The notes under the pieces were generated by a model. That model made no database searches. It had not been told where the DNA came from and saw only the letters and a list, made by a program, of their open reading frames with translations. DNA of 63,918 nucleotides, filler included, from Octopus bimaculoides (lineage: Eukaryota), in the NCBI RefSeq assembly GCF_001194135.2. It is 6 parts of 6 records of this genome, joined end to end, with 100 filler letters (N's around TTAATTAATTAA, not from the genome) between each part and the next. Parts side by side here need not be neighbours in the genome. Positions count along the whole stretch, not along the records: positions 26,320 to 35,365 come from NC_068982.1; positions 35,466 to 45,760 come from NC_068992.1; 4 more parts are not named here. The stretch is one strand, 5' to 3'. Each line of letters begins with the position of its first letter. The stretch's first letter is position 1. Below, in pieces: positions 28,368 to 39,556 of this stretch. Position numbers and translations under genes: made by a program.

Positions 28368-29437
28368 TTATACGTGCATTCGAACGTATCAGGTAACAGC
28401 TAGCCTTTGGCCGCTATTTTGACCCAGTTGTGTCCACTACTCTGGTTGGTATTGGTACAATTTGTCCCTCACTCTGTCGCGCCAGTTTGTAACGTATAAC
28501 CAATCGGAGCCTCTAAATAAAATCATGTGAGACAGCTTGTTCTCAACCCAGTTTTGAACCTACAGCTCCTTATAAAAATCCAGCTTCTCCTTGTCTCGAG
28601 GTTTTTGGGTTTCAGATCTTTTAATGTCTAGCCACTGACCACACAATCCACAGCCAGTTCCAGTGACAACACCACAGCAGCCACGTTGAGACTCACCAAC
28701 TTCGTCCAACAGCATTCGGCGACCTCCACCTCCATCGCCACTGTCGTCGTAACGTCAACATCTCTACGTACTCAACTCAACAAGCAGCTCGCCCAGGTTC
28801 CAACACTTCACTGTTCGTGAATTACTTGACCTTGGATCAATGGCGAATATACAACCTGCGAGAACTCCTGTACCAAATGACCCAGGCAGCAGCATCACAG
28901 CTACGACTTCACGTACGACATGTACCGCAACCGGCTCAGCGTCATGGCCGCAACTTCTTGATACAGTATTTCAACTACCGTGTACAATTGAATACGAATT
29001 GGTATTCTCATTTTTGTGTCTATGAATATTCTTCTAACTTCTCATTATAGACTCTTTCACTGCTTACTTCTTCATTACTATTCTTATATGTACTTAACAC
29101 ACAAGCATACATCCATGCCTATACACGCTTACATTTTGTTTCATGATAGCCTGTCTATTATTCTGTATACATGACGCACGCACAGACACACATATTAACA
29201 TATCAATAGATTTTCTCTTAAACATTCTATTCGGCAGTCTCTCTCTTTTCCCTCTGGTACATATATGCATTATTCCTTTTATATTTATTGTAAGAGGTGT
29301 GTAATGTACTAAAGACTCATTCTCGTTACCTCGCATCACATGGTCTTTACAAGTTGTTGGATTGCAAATGCATAGCCTTCGATCTGATGTAGCGGTCACG
29401 AGTCCAAGAGACGATTTGCTTTAAGTCAATGTCTTTT

Positions 29438-29655
29438 AAGGCGGTGAGCTGACAGAATCTTTAACATACTGGGCAAAATGCTTAGCAGCATTTTGTTCGT
29501 CTTTATGCTCTGAATTCAAATGCTGCCAGGGTCGACTTTGCCTTTCCTCTTTTCTAAATCGATAAAATAAGTAACAGTTGGACACTGGGGTTCATGTAAT
29601 CGACATACTCCCTCCCACGAAATTGCTGGCCTTCTGCCAAAATTTGAAGCCAATA
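29438..29655 (+). mobile_element. Family-A SINE, full length
   Basis: aaggcggtgagctgacagaa...gaattcaaatgctgccagggtcgactttgcc...aaattgctggccttctgccaaaatttgaagcc. Confidence 0.9.
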
Positions 29656-29825
29656 TCACTGTCTTCTTCACGTCTTCGGGAAACATACCCAAGCGTGGTC
29701 TTTCTTTTTTTAGTTTTGGCATTTAAGTGTTTCACTTCCTGGTCATCTTTGAGGTATGTTAGTCCAGATTTTCTAAGGTTTCATGTGAGGTCATCAGGAA
29801 GTGAATATATATACATATACATATG

Positions 29826-29877
<52 letters not shown>

Positions 29878-30436
29878 NNNNNNNNNNNNNNNNNNNNNNN
29901 NNNNNNNNNNNNNNNNNNNNNNNNNNNNNNNNNNNNNNNNNNNNNNNNNNNNNNNNNNNNNNNNNNNNNNNNNNNNNNNNNNNNNNNNNNNNNNNNNNNN
30001 NNNNNNNNNNNNNNNNNNNNNNNNNNNNNNNNNNNNNNNNNNNNNNNNNNNNNNNNNNNNNNNNNNNNNNNNNNNNNNNNNNNNNNNNNNNNNNNNNNNN
30101 NNNNNNNNNNNNNNNNNNNNNNNNNNNNNNNNNNNNNNNNNNNNNNNNNNNNNNNNNNNNNNNNNNNNNNNNNNNNNNNNNNNNNNNNNNNNNNNNNNNN
30201 NNNNNNNNNNNNNNNNNNNNNNNNNNNNNNNNNNNNNNNNNNNNNNNNNNNNNNNNNNNNNNNNNNNNNNNNNNNNNNNNNNNNNNNNNNNNNNNNNNNN
30301 NNNNNNNNNNNNNNNNNNNNNNNNNNNNNNNNNNNNNNNNNNNNNNNNNNNNNNNNNNNNNNNNNNNNNNNNNNNNNNNNNNNNNNNNNNNNNNNNNNNN
30401 NNNNNNNNNNNNNNNNNNNNNNNNNNNNNNNNNNNN

Positions 30437-30469
<33 letters not shown>

Positions 30470-30470
<1 letters not shown>

Positions 30471-30860
30471 CTGAGGAAACTACAGCTGTACTCCCTGAAG
30501 CGAAGGTATGAGAAATATGCAATAATATACATATGGAAAATCCTAGACAGGCTGGTACCTAACTTTGGCATTGAGTGTTATACAAATGCCAGAAATAACC
30601 ACCATTGCATTGAACCAAAGGTAACATCCATTCTATCTAAATTCAGGACCAGGTACTGCAATAGTCTAGGGTTCAAAGGCCCATGGCTCTTCAATGCCCT
30701 ACCACAAAAATTAAGAAATTTGCATAAGGTGGAAGTAGATGTTTTCATAGGGGAACTAGACATCCTTCTCTCCTCAATGCCGGATGAACCAAACAGCCTG
30801 ACATGAGGTACAGACGAGGGAAGCACCAAATGTACCAACAGCTAGGACAAAGGCACAAAC
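30470..30860 (+). mobile_element. CR1-type LINE 3' end
   Basis: LRKLQLYSLKRRYEKYAIIYIWKILDRLVPNFG...FRTRYCNSLGFKGPWLFNALP...VFIGELDILLSSMPDEP is the characteristic CR1-group ORF2 C-terminus. Confidence 0.85.
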
Positions 30861-31165
30861 AAGAGTGGTAATAGTTGAATGTATATAACAGCGAAAGTAT
30901 TAAAACTGAAAGTATCTCACATTACAGTAGAGACATTATTGTTTCACTTTTCTCACATAATACTGAAACAGTGTAAGAGATAAGAGATTGCTCCGGGTTC
31001 CAATTAAGCAAGAAGCTGAAAATGTTTTGCTGCCCATGACACTGCATGAACATTAAGTAAGGCATGAGTAAAACTTGAATCAAATCGGTTGGGTAGATAT
31101 CGAGTTTAATGATCCACACATACAGAAAGATGGATAGACAGACAGACACACATTCTCATTTTTAT

Positions 31166-31488
31166 ATGTGGTAAGTAGCTTGCTTACCAACCACATGGTT
31201 CCGGGTTCAGTCCCACTGCGTGGCACCTTGGGCAAGTGTCTTCTACTATAGCCTCGGGCCGACCAAAACCCTGTGAGTGGATTTGGTAGATGGAAACTGA
31301 AAGAAGCCCGTCGTATATATGTATATATATATACATGCATGTATGTGTGTGTATATGTTTGTGTGTCTGTGTTTGTCCCTCCCAACATCGCTTGACAACC
31401 GATGCTGGTGCGTTTACGTCCCCGTAACATAGCGGTTCGGCAAAAGAGACCGATAGAATAAGTACTAGGCTTCCAAAGAATAAGTCCT
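31166..31488 (+). mobile_element. Family-B SINE, cut by a gap
   Basis: gtggtaagtagcttgcttaccaaccacatggttccgggttcagtcccactgcgtggcaccttgggcaagtgtc, then an internal TA/GT microsatellite, then the 3' half. Confidence 0.9.
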
Positions 31489-32354
31489 NNNNNNNNNNNN
31501 NNNNNNNNNNNNNNNNNNNNNNNNNNNNNNNNNNNNNNNNNNNNNNNNNNNNNNNNNNNNNNNNNNNNNNNNNNNNNNNNNNNNNNNNNNNNNNNNNNNN
31601 NNNNNNNNNNNNNNNNNNNNNNNNNNNNNNNNNNNNNNNNNNNNNCCATTACAGACAACAGGTGTCTGGTCTCAAGAATATTTCAGTAAGTACTCCATTA
31701 CAAACACTCTACATGTTTGGTTTTGGATAAATATTAATTAGCTCTATTTATGAAATCATAATTACTATTCAATTTGAAGACATATCGGCGATTCCTGTTT
31801 TCCTTTAGCACTAGTTTTATCATATTATTATTTATACACCCTGGAAACCCTACATAGAGAGATGACCCATAAATTATTTCTCAAGCACATTTGCTAGCTC
31901 NNNNNNNNNNCTACATAGAGAGATGACCCATAAATTATTTCTCAAGCACATTTGCTAGCTCACTATTTTGCCTATAGACTTCAAGCTTCATAATTCAATA
32001 TGGTATGATTCTAATATATTGAGCCTTTTGGCCTCATCTCGAAGCCCTGTTTTTCCACTTCCCTCTTCCCTTCATTTATTTTATCTTATTTATTTTATGT
32101 ATTTGTATTCATTCTGATGAAGCTCCATGTACTAGATCGAATGTGCTATAAAGATGGCGAATATTATTTTCGGAATTATCTTTATTAGCACACATTGATA
32201 TCAGCAGCCGAAAGGGCTGTTAAAAATATAGTGCAATGTTATGTTATGCTTTGTATTAAAAAATAATTAACCAAAGTTGGTCAATTTATTTGTTTATATG
32301 TATATATATATAATAATATATATAATATATATGCATATATACATACTTACATCT

Positions 32355-32389
<35 letters not shown>

Positions 32390-33291
32390 TTAACGTCCGC
32401 TTTCCATGCTAGCATGGGTCGGACGATTTGACTGAGGACTGGCGAACAAGATGGCTGCAGCAGGCCTCAATCTGATCTGGCAGAGTTTCTACAGCTGGAT
32501 GCCCCTCCTAACACCAACCACTCCGAGAATGTAGTGGGTGCTTTTACGCACCACCGGCACAAGGGCCAGTCAGGCGGTACTGGCAACGGCCACGCTCAAG
32601 TGGTGTTTTTTACGTGCTACCTGTATAGGAGCCAGTCCAGCGGCACTGGCAACGACCTCGCTCGAATGTTTTTTCACGTGCCAGTAAGGCGACGCTGGTA
32701 ACGATCACACTCAAATGGTGCTATTTACGTGCCACTGGCACGGGAGCCAGACAGCTGCTCGTCAATGATCACGTTCGGACGGTGCTGTTTGCGCTCCACT
32801 GGCACAGGTTCCAGTCATCGAATTTGATTCGATTTCGATTTCACTTGCCCCCAACACGTCTTCGCAAGCAGAGTTTAGTGTCCAATGAAATAAAGATACG
32901 CATAAGTGGGCTAGCTACATCCCTGGCAGAGGACACGTATTATGGTCTCACTAGGATTGCCGGGTCTTCTCACGCATTGCATATTTCCAAAGGTCTCGGT
33001 CACTAGTCATTGCCTCGGTGAGGCCTAATGTTCGAAGGTTGTGCTTCACCACCTCAACCCAGGTCTTCCTGGGTCTACCTATTCCACAGGTTCCCTCCAC
33101 TGCTAGGGTGTGGCACTTTTTCACACAGCTATCTTCATTTATCCTCGCCACATGACCATACCAGCACAATCGTCTCTCTTGCACACCACAACAGATGGTT
33201 CTTAGGTCCAAAGTTTCTCTCAAGGTATTTACACTCTGTCGAGTATGCGCACTGACATTATACATCTATCGGAGCATACTGGCTTCATTTC
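32355..33291 (-). mobile_element. 5'-truncated RTE LINE with tandem-repeat 3' UTR and (GAT)n tail
   Basis: Minus: RNEASMLR*MYNVSAHTRQSV...ERRLCWYGHVARINEDSCVKKC...GRPRKTWVEVV...DRDLWKYAM is the RTE ORF C-terminus. Confidence 0.9.
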
Positions 33292-34607
33292 TATGTATGT
33301 GTGTGTGTATATATATGAAATTGAATTTGAAATGGAATCTTCTAACAAAAACTATTTATTTGCAATATTCTGAGGTCTAGCTAAACTTAAAATTTAATGT
33401 TGAAATATTCGCGGTGGATGAATTTTCAAACTTGGATCGGATTTATAGGATTACCAACACGTCTAATAGCAGGATGAGTTTTGCCGAGGTCTTCTATACA
33501 TTTAGAAAAAAAAAAAAAGAAAAAAAATATACCAATTCTTATACAAATAAGTGTTTAACACTTGAAATTTCAACAAAGGATGAAAGGAATGAACTTTACA
33601 TATTTCAGAAGGATTAATTTGACAATTTATAGAAAGGACAGTATATATATTTTATTATTATTTTTAATNNNNNNNNNNNNNNNNNNNNNNNNNNNNNNNN
33701 NNNNNNNNNNNNNNNNNNNNNNNNNNNNNNNNNNNNNNNNNNNNNNNNNNNNNNNNNNNNNNNNNNNNNNNNNNNNNNNNNNNNNNNNNNNNNNNNNNNN
33801 NNNNNNNNNNNNNNNNNNNNNNNNNNNNNNNNNNNNNNNNNNNNNNNNNNNNNNNNNNNNNNNNNNNNNNNNNNNNNNNNNNNNNNNNNNNNNNNNNNNN
33901 NNNNNNNNNNNNNNNNNNNNNNNNNNNNNNNNNNNNNNNNNNNNNNNNNNNNNNNNNNNNNNNNNNNNNNNNNNNNNNNNNNNNNNNNNNNNNNNNNNNN
34001 NNNNNNNNNNNNNNNNNNNNNNNNNNNNNNNNNNNNNNNNNNNNNNNNNNNNNNNNNNNNNNNNNNNNNNNNNNNNNNNNNNNNNNNNNNNNNNNNNNNN
34101 NNNNNNNNNNNNNNNNNNNNNNNNNNNNNNNNNNNNNNNNNNNNNNNNNNNNNNNNNNNNNNNNNNNNNNNNNNNNNNNNNNNNNNNNNNNNNNNNNNNN
34201 NNNNNNNNNNNNNNNNNNNNNNNNNNNNNNNNNNNNNNNNNNNNNNNNNNNNNNNNNNNNNNNNNNNNNNNNNNNNNNNNNNNNNNNNNNNNNNNNNNNN
34301 NNNNNNNNNNNNNNNNNNNNNNNNNNNNNNNNNNNNNNNNNNNNNNNNNNNNNNNNNNNNNNNNNNNNNNNNNNNNNNNNNNNNNNNNNNNNNNNNNNNN
34401 NNNNNNNNNNNNNNNNNNNNNNNNNNNNNNNNNNNNNNNNNNNNNNNNNNNNNNNNNNNNNNNNNNNNNNNNNNNNNNNNNNNNNNNNNNNNNNNNNNNN
34501 NNNNNNNNNNNNNNNNNNNNNNNNNNNNNNNNNNNNNNNNNNNNNNNNNNNNNNNNNNNNNNNNNNNNNNNNNNNNNNNNNNNNNNNNNNNNNNNNNNNN
34601 NNNNNNT

Positions 34608-35039
34608 AAACAAACAAAAAGGCTGTACAGCCAGACGTGGAGAATTGTGTGTATTGAACGCTGTGAAGCACGAACTGGAGAGGCGAAGAAGTGCGTGCGA
34701 AGCTTGGAGAGTCCAAGACTGAAAAGAAATAGCAACCGGACACACGTGACCAGTGAGTGGTAGGGAGAAAGAGTAGCAGAGGGAGAAGGGGAGGAAGTAG
34801 AATGTAAGTGAGCAACGAGAGGTACAGAGGGAGAGAGATAGTAGTAGTGACGGTGAGAGGCAAAGGACAAGCAACGAGAGATAGAGAGCGAGAGAGATAG
34901 TAGTGACAGGGAGTGGCGAAGAACAGTAGAGGGAAGAATGAGAGGGAGAGATAGATATAGAGATAGAGAGAGTCGCGTTAGCAAAATAGTTCAAAACTTA
35001 CTGTGTAAAGATAACGCGTGCGTTCGATTGTGTGATACA
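34608..35039 (-). mobile_element. Possible LTR fragment, cut by a gap
   Basis: Minus strand starts TGTATCACAC, followed by a pyrimidine-rich then CpG-containing tract. No second end or TSD is visible. Confidence 0.3.
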
Positions 35040-35061
35040 AACAATATATGAGTATATGCAT

Positions 35062-35267
35062 GGACACAGGACATCATGAAACATTTGCAACGAAAAAGTA
35101 CGAAGCACGGAGACTAGAGAAACAGCCAACAATTGATGAAGGACCGTTCTTTATGTTTGCTTCTTGTTTTCCATTTGTGTCTTTCGTTGTTCGAAAGAAT
35201 AGTACATGTTCCATGTATGCGTGCTTCGTACTATTTTGTTGTAAATGTTTCGTGACGTCCTGTGCCC
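35062..35267. mobile_element. MITE with about 48-bp imperfect terminal inverted repeats
   Basis: 35062-35109 ggacacaggacatcatgaaacatttgcaacgaaaaagtacgaagcacg is inverted relative to 35220-35267 cgtgcttcgtactattttgttgtaaatgtttcgtgacgtcctgtgccc. Confidence 0.75.
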
Positions 35268-35318
35268 ACATATGCATATATATATGTGTGTGTGTGTATA
35301 GATGCATGTACACATACG

Positions 35319-35365
<47 letters not shown>

Positions 35366-35508
35366 NNNNNNNNNNNNNNNNNNNNNNNNNNNNNNNNNNN
35401 NNNNNNNNNTTAATTAATTAANNNNNNNNNNNNNNNNNNNNNNNNNNNNNNNNNNNNNNNNNNNNATAGACAGACAGACACACACACACACACACACACG
35501 CACACACG

Positions 35509-35552
<44 letters not shown>

Positions 35553-36490
35553 GAGGCAGACAAACAGGCACAGAGAGAGAGTGAGTAAATTTTATCCTGA
35601 AATGTTCTACTCAGAGAAACCATCCGTATGAAAATGTACTACAAATATCGACGGAAGCCTATTTAATACTTAGGGAAAATTTAATTATAAATTCAGTTAT
35701 TAACAGAGCAATGGAGGTTATCTATTGTTTGTTTGACAAAATTTCAATTATATTATAATTATGAATAATTGATAAAAAAAAAATTCCTGAAGCCAAAGTT
35801 TTCAAATGATAGTTGTGATATATATTTGCCGGAAATTATTTATATTAGAGTAAAATGGAATTATAAAATTTTAAAATGGTAATCGTTTTTCTTAGTGTTT
35901 TTAACTCTTAATCAGGGACGAAAAGGCTTCGACATTTAGCCTTATGCTTTCCCAGTTTCTTCGGGATCTGTAATAGAATAGTAGGAAGATATGTACGAAC
36001 CGATGATGTGGCAAGAAGAATGCTCGAGGATGAGCTCTGTTTAAGACATTCACGGATTAGGTGATGCGTTTTACCATCTAACATGTGAAATCTAAATACC
36101 AAAGACTCAGGACAGAAAGGATTAATACAAAATTCAGAACGAAGCGCCAGTGAATTGATAAGTGATGAAGGACAAAAAGAAAATTGCAAAGCAACTCCTG
36201 AAAAGTCTTCCTATTTGCCGACCCGAGCTGTTATTTTTTATTATGTCGAACCTGAACTAACAAAAGATCTTAACAGGATTTGTACTGCCAATATAGAATG
36301 TGTGGACGAATACCACAGTGTATATTGTTCTATATTACATACCATTCAGCCAAATCAGATTTGTGTGAGGCATTGTGGATTTTATTTAGCACAGGTCAAC
36401 ACTGAGCAGTGATGCCTATGAACAAAGAATTTCCATACATGGTTATGTCATCTGTATCTTGAAGTAAATTATCAAATGTGTTCTTCATAT

Positions 36491-37085
36491 AACATATGGT
36501 ATAATTATAAACTGTGAATTTAGCCATTTTTCTGCAGAGTGAAAAAAATTATGAACAACGTTAATTGATTTCCGAAGCTTATTTGGTTCTTATCAGAGGC
36601 GTCCACATCACCCTTAGAGTCTCTAAAAAAAAAAAAGCAAGCAGCCAAACTGTGTATATACACAACAAAAGCAACAGTTAATCTATTAAGGAGTCCCTAA
36701 TTTGCATACCGAAAGTGTTTAACACTCTATAAATACCAGGGGCCTATCAACGGAGATCTTAGCCCACACAATATCAATGTATGATATAATAAATATGTAA
36801 TATATGGTATAATTATAAACAGAGAAAATTTTAGCAATTCCTCTACAGACCGAAAAACAACCTTAATCGATTTTCGAAACTTATTGGGGTCTCATCAGAG
36901 GCGTCCACATCATTGTGACAATCTCTCAAAAAAAAACAACAATAAACTAAAGTGTTTATATACTCAACAAAAACAGCAGTTACTCTATGAAGGATTCTTC
37001 AATTTGCACACCGAAAGTGTTTAACACTCCATAAACACCAGCGGCCTGTCAACGGGTATCTTAGTCCACACGGCATCAGTATCAA
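36491..37085. repeat. Diverged tandem duplication, period about 308 bp
   Basis: Shared anchors in both copies: atatggtataattataaac (36494 and 36802), tcagaggcgtccacatca and ccgaaagtgtttaacactc. Confidence 0.9.
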
Positions 37086-37519
37086 TATTTAAGCTAGTAC
37101 AGTGTTGTTGTTCTTTCAGGAATTTCTATTGTTGTTATTTGTGATAACTCAAGCGGCCTTGAACAGGTCCATCTGAAATAGTAACTACAATTTTGTAATA
37201 ATCATAAAAGTTTATGATTGTTATATGTGAGAGCCTTATAAGTTTGTGATAGCCATAACACACTACAAGTTTATAAATGTGAGTATGTGGTGATTGCCAA
37301 ATGTAAGGAAAGGCTGAACAGAGTTGGCCTATGATCCGATAAATTCGACCAGAATATTGCTATTTTATTTACAGAAATTGTATTAAGGTTGCCAATGTTT
37401 AACTGCATCATATCTTATGGGAAACTACAAGAGACTTCACTGTCATACCCGGTGGTTTGGGGAACCATATATGAGCTCTCATAATCACAATGGTTTGTTT
37501 TTAGTTATTATTAACATCA

Positions 37520-37690
37520 AAAGGAGGTAGATCTGCAGAATTCTGACGGTGCCGGTCACAATGACTTGCCGTACCTGTTCCAACATTTTACACCCGGAGT
37601 TCAAATCCAACAGAGGTGGAAAGTGCATGTTATATTGTAGAATGCGGCAAAATAAAGCAGCAATCAGATACTGAGATCGATTTCATCTTC
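37520..37690 (+). mobile_element. Old degenerate family-A-like SINE
   Basis: aggaggtagatctgcagaa...ggagttcaaatccaacagaggtgga matches the head and B box only loosely. Confidence 0.45.
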
Positions 37691-38541
37691 AAAAAGTGGT
37701 TTTCTATCAAACTATTTCAGGTATTGTGATTATAAAACACTAATTTGCAGTGAAGTGATTGATTTTTGACAAAAAGCCCTACATTCCATAAAATTTAGGT
37801 AAGCAATCATATGCGCTTCATGGTCAATATACAGATGAATATGCTCATAAGTTACAGAAGAGAGCACAGCACTTCAGACATGTTATATGACATAGTCAAA
37901 TTCTAAAAATCTTCGAAATACAATTTTGATTTGCACTTTCCGAAATCGTGTGACAAAGAGTACAGAAAAGCGATAAGAAACATAATTACGAGAAAGAACA
38001 AATATAAGGCATGGATAATGAATAACAGATAAGATAAACAACTTCCTTTAAAATTGAAATAGCATAAAGGAAGTTGGTAAACTTGAAAATTGAGGATAAA
38101 TTTAAAGAGTTATTGCTTTAGGTGGGTGGATGGGTGGGTTGTGAAGATTGCAATGTGGAAAGTGGTTGTTTGATACGATATATAAGGGACAAATGGTAGG
38201 TTGTTGCTTAATTCAGATGATTTAATTAAGAGTGCGAAACGTTAAAGGAATGACTGACATACAATTACTGCTTGAATCGACAGAGAAATTGAATCAACAT
38301 GAATAAATTTACCGCACAAAATTATACCGAAAGAAAGATGTGTGTAACATGGTTTAGATCCATATTGATTAAAACAGTTTTAAAATTCTTCCTTTTCATT
38401 TCATTATGGACTCAATTTGCTACGCAAGATCTTACACGGACAAGAAGTCTGCATACACAAACGTACACACATTTACATAAATACGTTTACATATATGCAT
38501 ATATATAATATAAACATAAATACACACAGATATACATACAC

Positions 38542-38590
<49 letters not shown>

Positions 38591-38663
38591 NNNNNNNNNN
38601 NNNNNNNNNNNNNNNNNNNNNNNNNNNNNNNNNNNNNNNNNNNNNNNNNNNNNNNNNNNNNNN

Positions 38664-38697
<34 letters not shown>

Positions 38698-39120
38698 GTG
38701 ACATTATTTTCGAATATTTTTGTAGTAGTTTATGCGTAATATTTGTATAATTTGTCTTCTGAAAAAAGTAGGTATTATTTGCTTCCGAAACATAAAGTAT
38801 AGAATTGCGTATAATTCCTAATATATACATACATGCAAACACGCACATCTATAGATAGATAGAGAGAGAGAGAGAGAGGGGGAGAGAGAAAGAGAGACAA
38901 AGAAAGAGAAGGAAATAAACACAGGTACGCAACAATAAGAGTTTAGATGTGGTGTATATTCTTGGTGTAGGTGTTCATGTATTTGCTTCTGTAATGATGC
39001 TGTATTTCATGGTTATGTCTGTTACCATGGATGGTATTTAATTGAACAATTGCATACATTCGAATTGAACACAGCACGAATACATGTAGCTGTAAATATA
39101 TACACACATACAAACTGATC

Positions 39121-39196
<76 letters not shown>

Positions 39197-39520
39197 TGAA
39201 GTAGTATTTTATATTTGTGTGTATGTGTTGTAATGTATTCGTTTGTATGATTTCGGATACCTGCATATATATATATATATATACAATTGAGTATTTATCA
39301 CTCATAATCCAGAAACGCGTCTGCGATTAACNNNNNNNNNNCTCATAATCCAGAAACGCGTCTGCGATTAACTTCGGAATGGTTAGTTTTCATTTTTTTC
39401 TTCTTGTTTTTGCCTTTGTGAGTTACAAGTAATGCTATCTGCTGGAGTCTCAGCTTTTTTAGCTGCTATTTCTGAACTTCGGTATATGGTGAAGCAAATA
39501 TTTGCTGATCCCTTAATTAT

Positions 39521-39556
<36 letters not shown>

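Noticed and set aside
28899-28961. Peptide SYDFTYDMYRNRLSVMAATS, superficially reflectin-like
   Set aside because: It lacks the reflectin MDMxxxxMDxxGRWMD motif, is bounded by stops, and has no start or splice context.
31850-31961. Exact direct repeats across 10-N gaps (also 39301-39372)
   Set aside because: Identical sequence on both sides of a minimal gap indicates unmerged contig overlap, not a real duplication.
32348-33270. Apparent 10-bp TSD tacatctatc around the RTE element
   Set aside because: RTE coding homology (RNEASMLR*MYNV) continues through and beyond the second copy to about 33291, so that copy is internal.
36000-36420. Possible DNA-transposon relic (DAFYHLTC fragment; ORF 36155-36412)
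   Set aside because: One short motif only, which is not enough to call a family.
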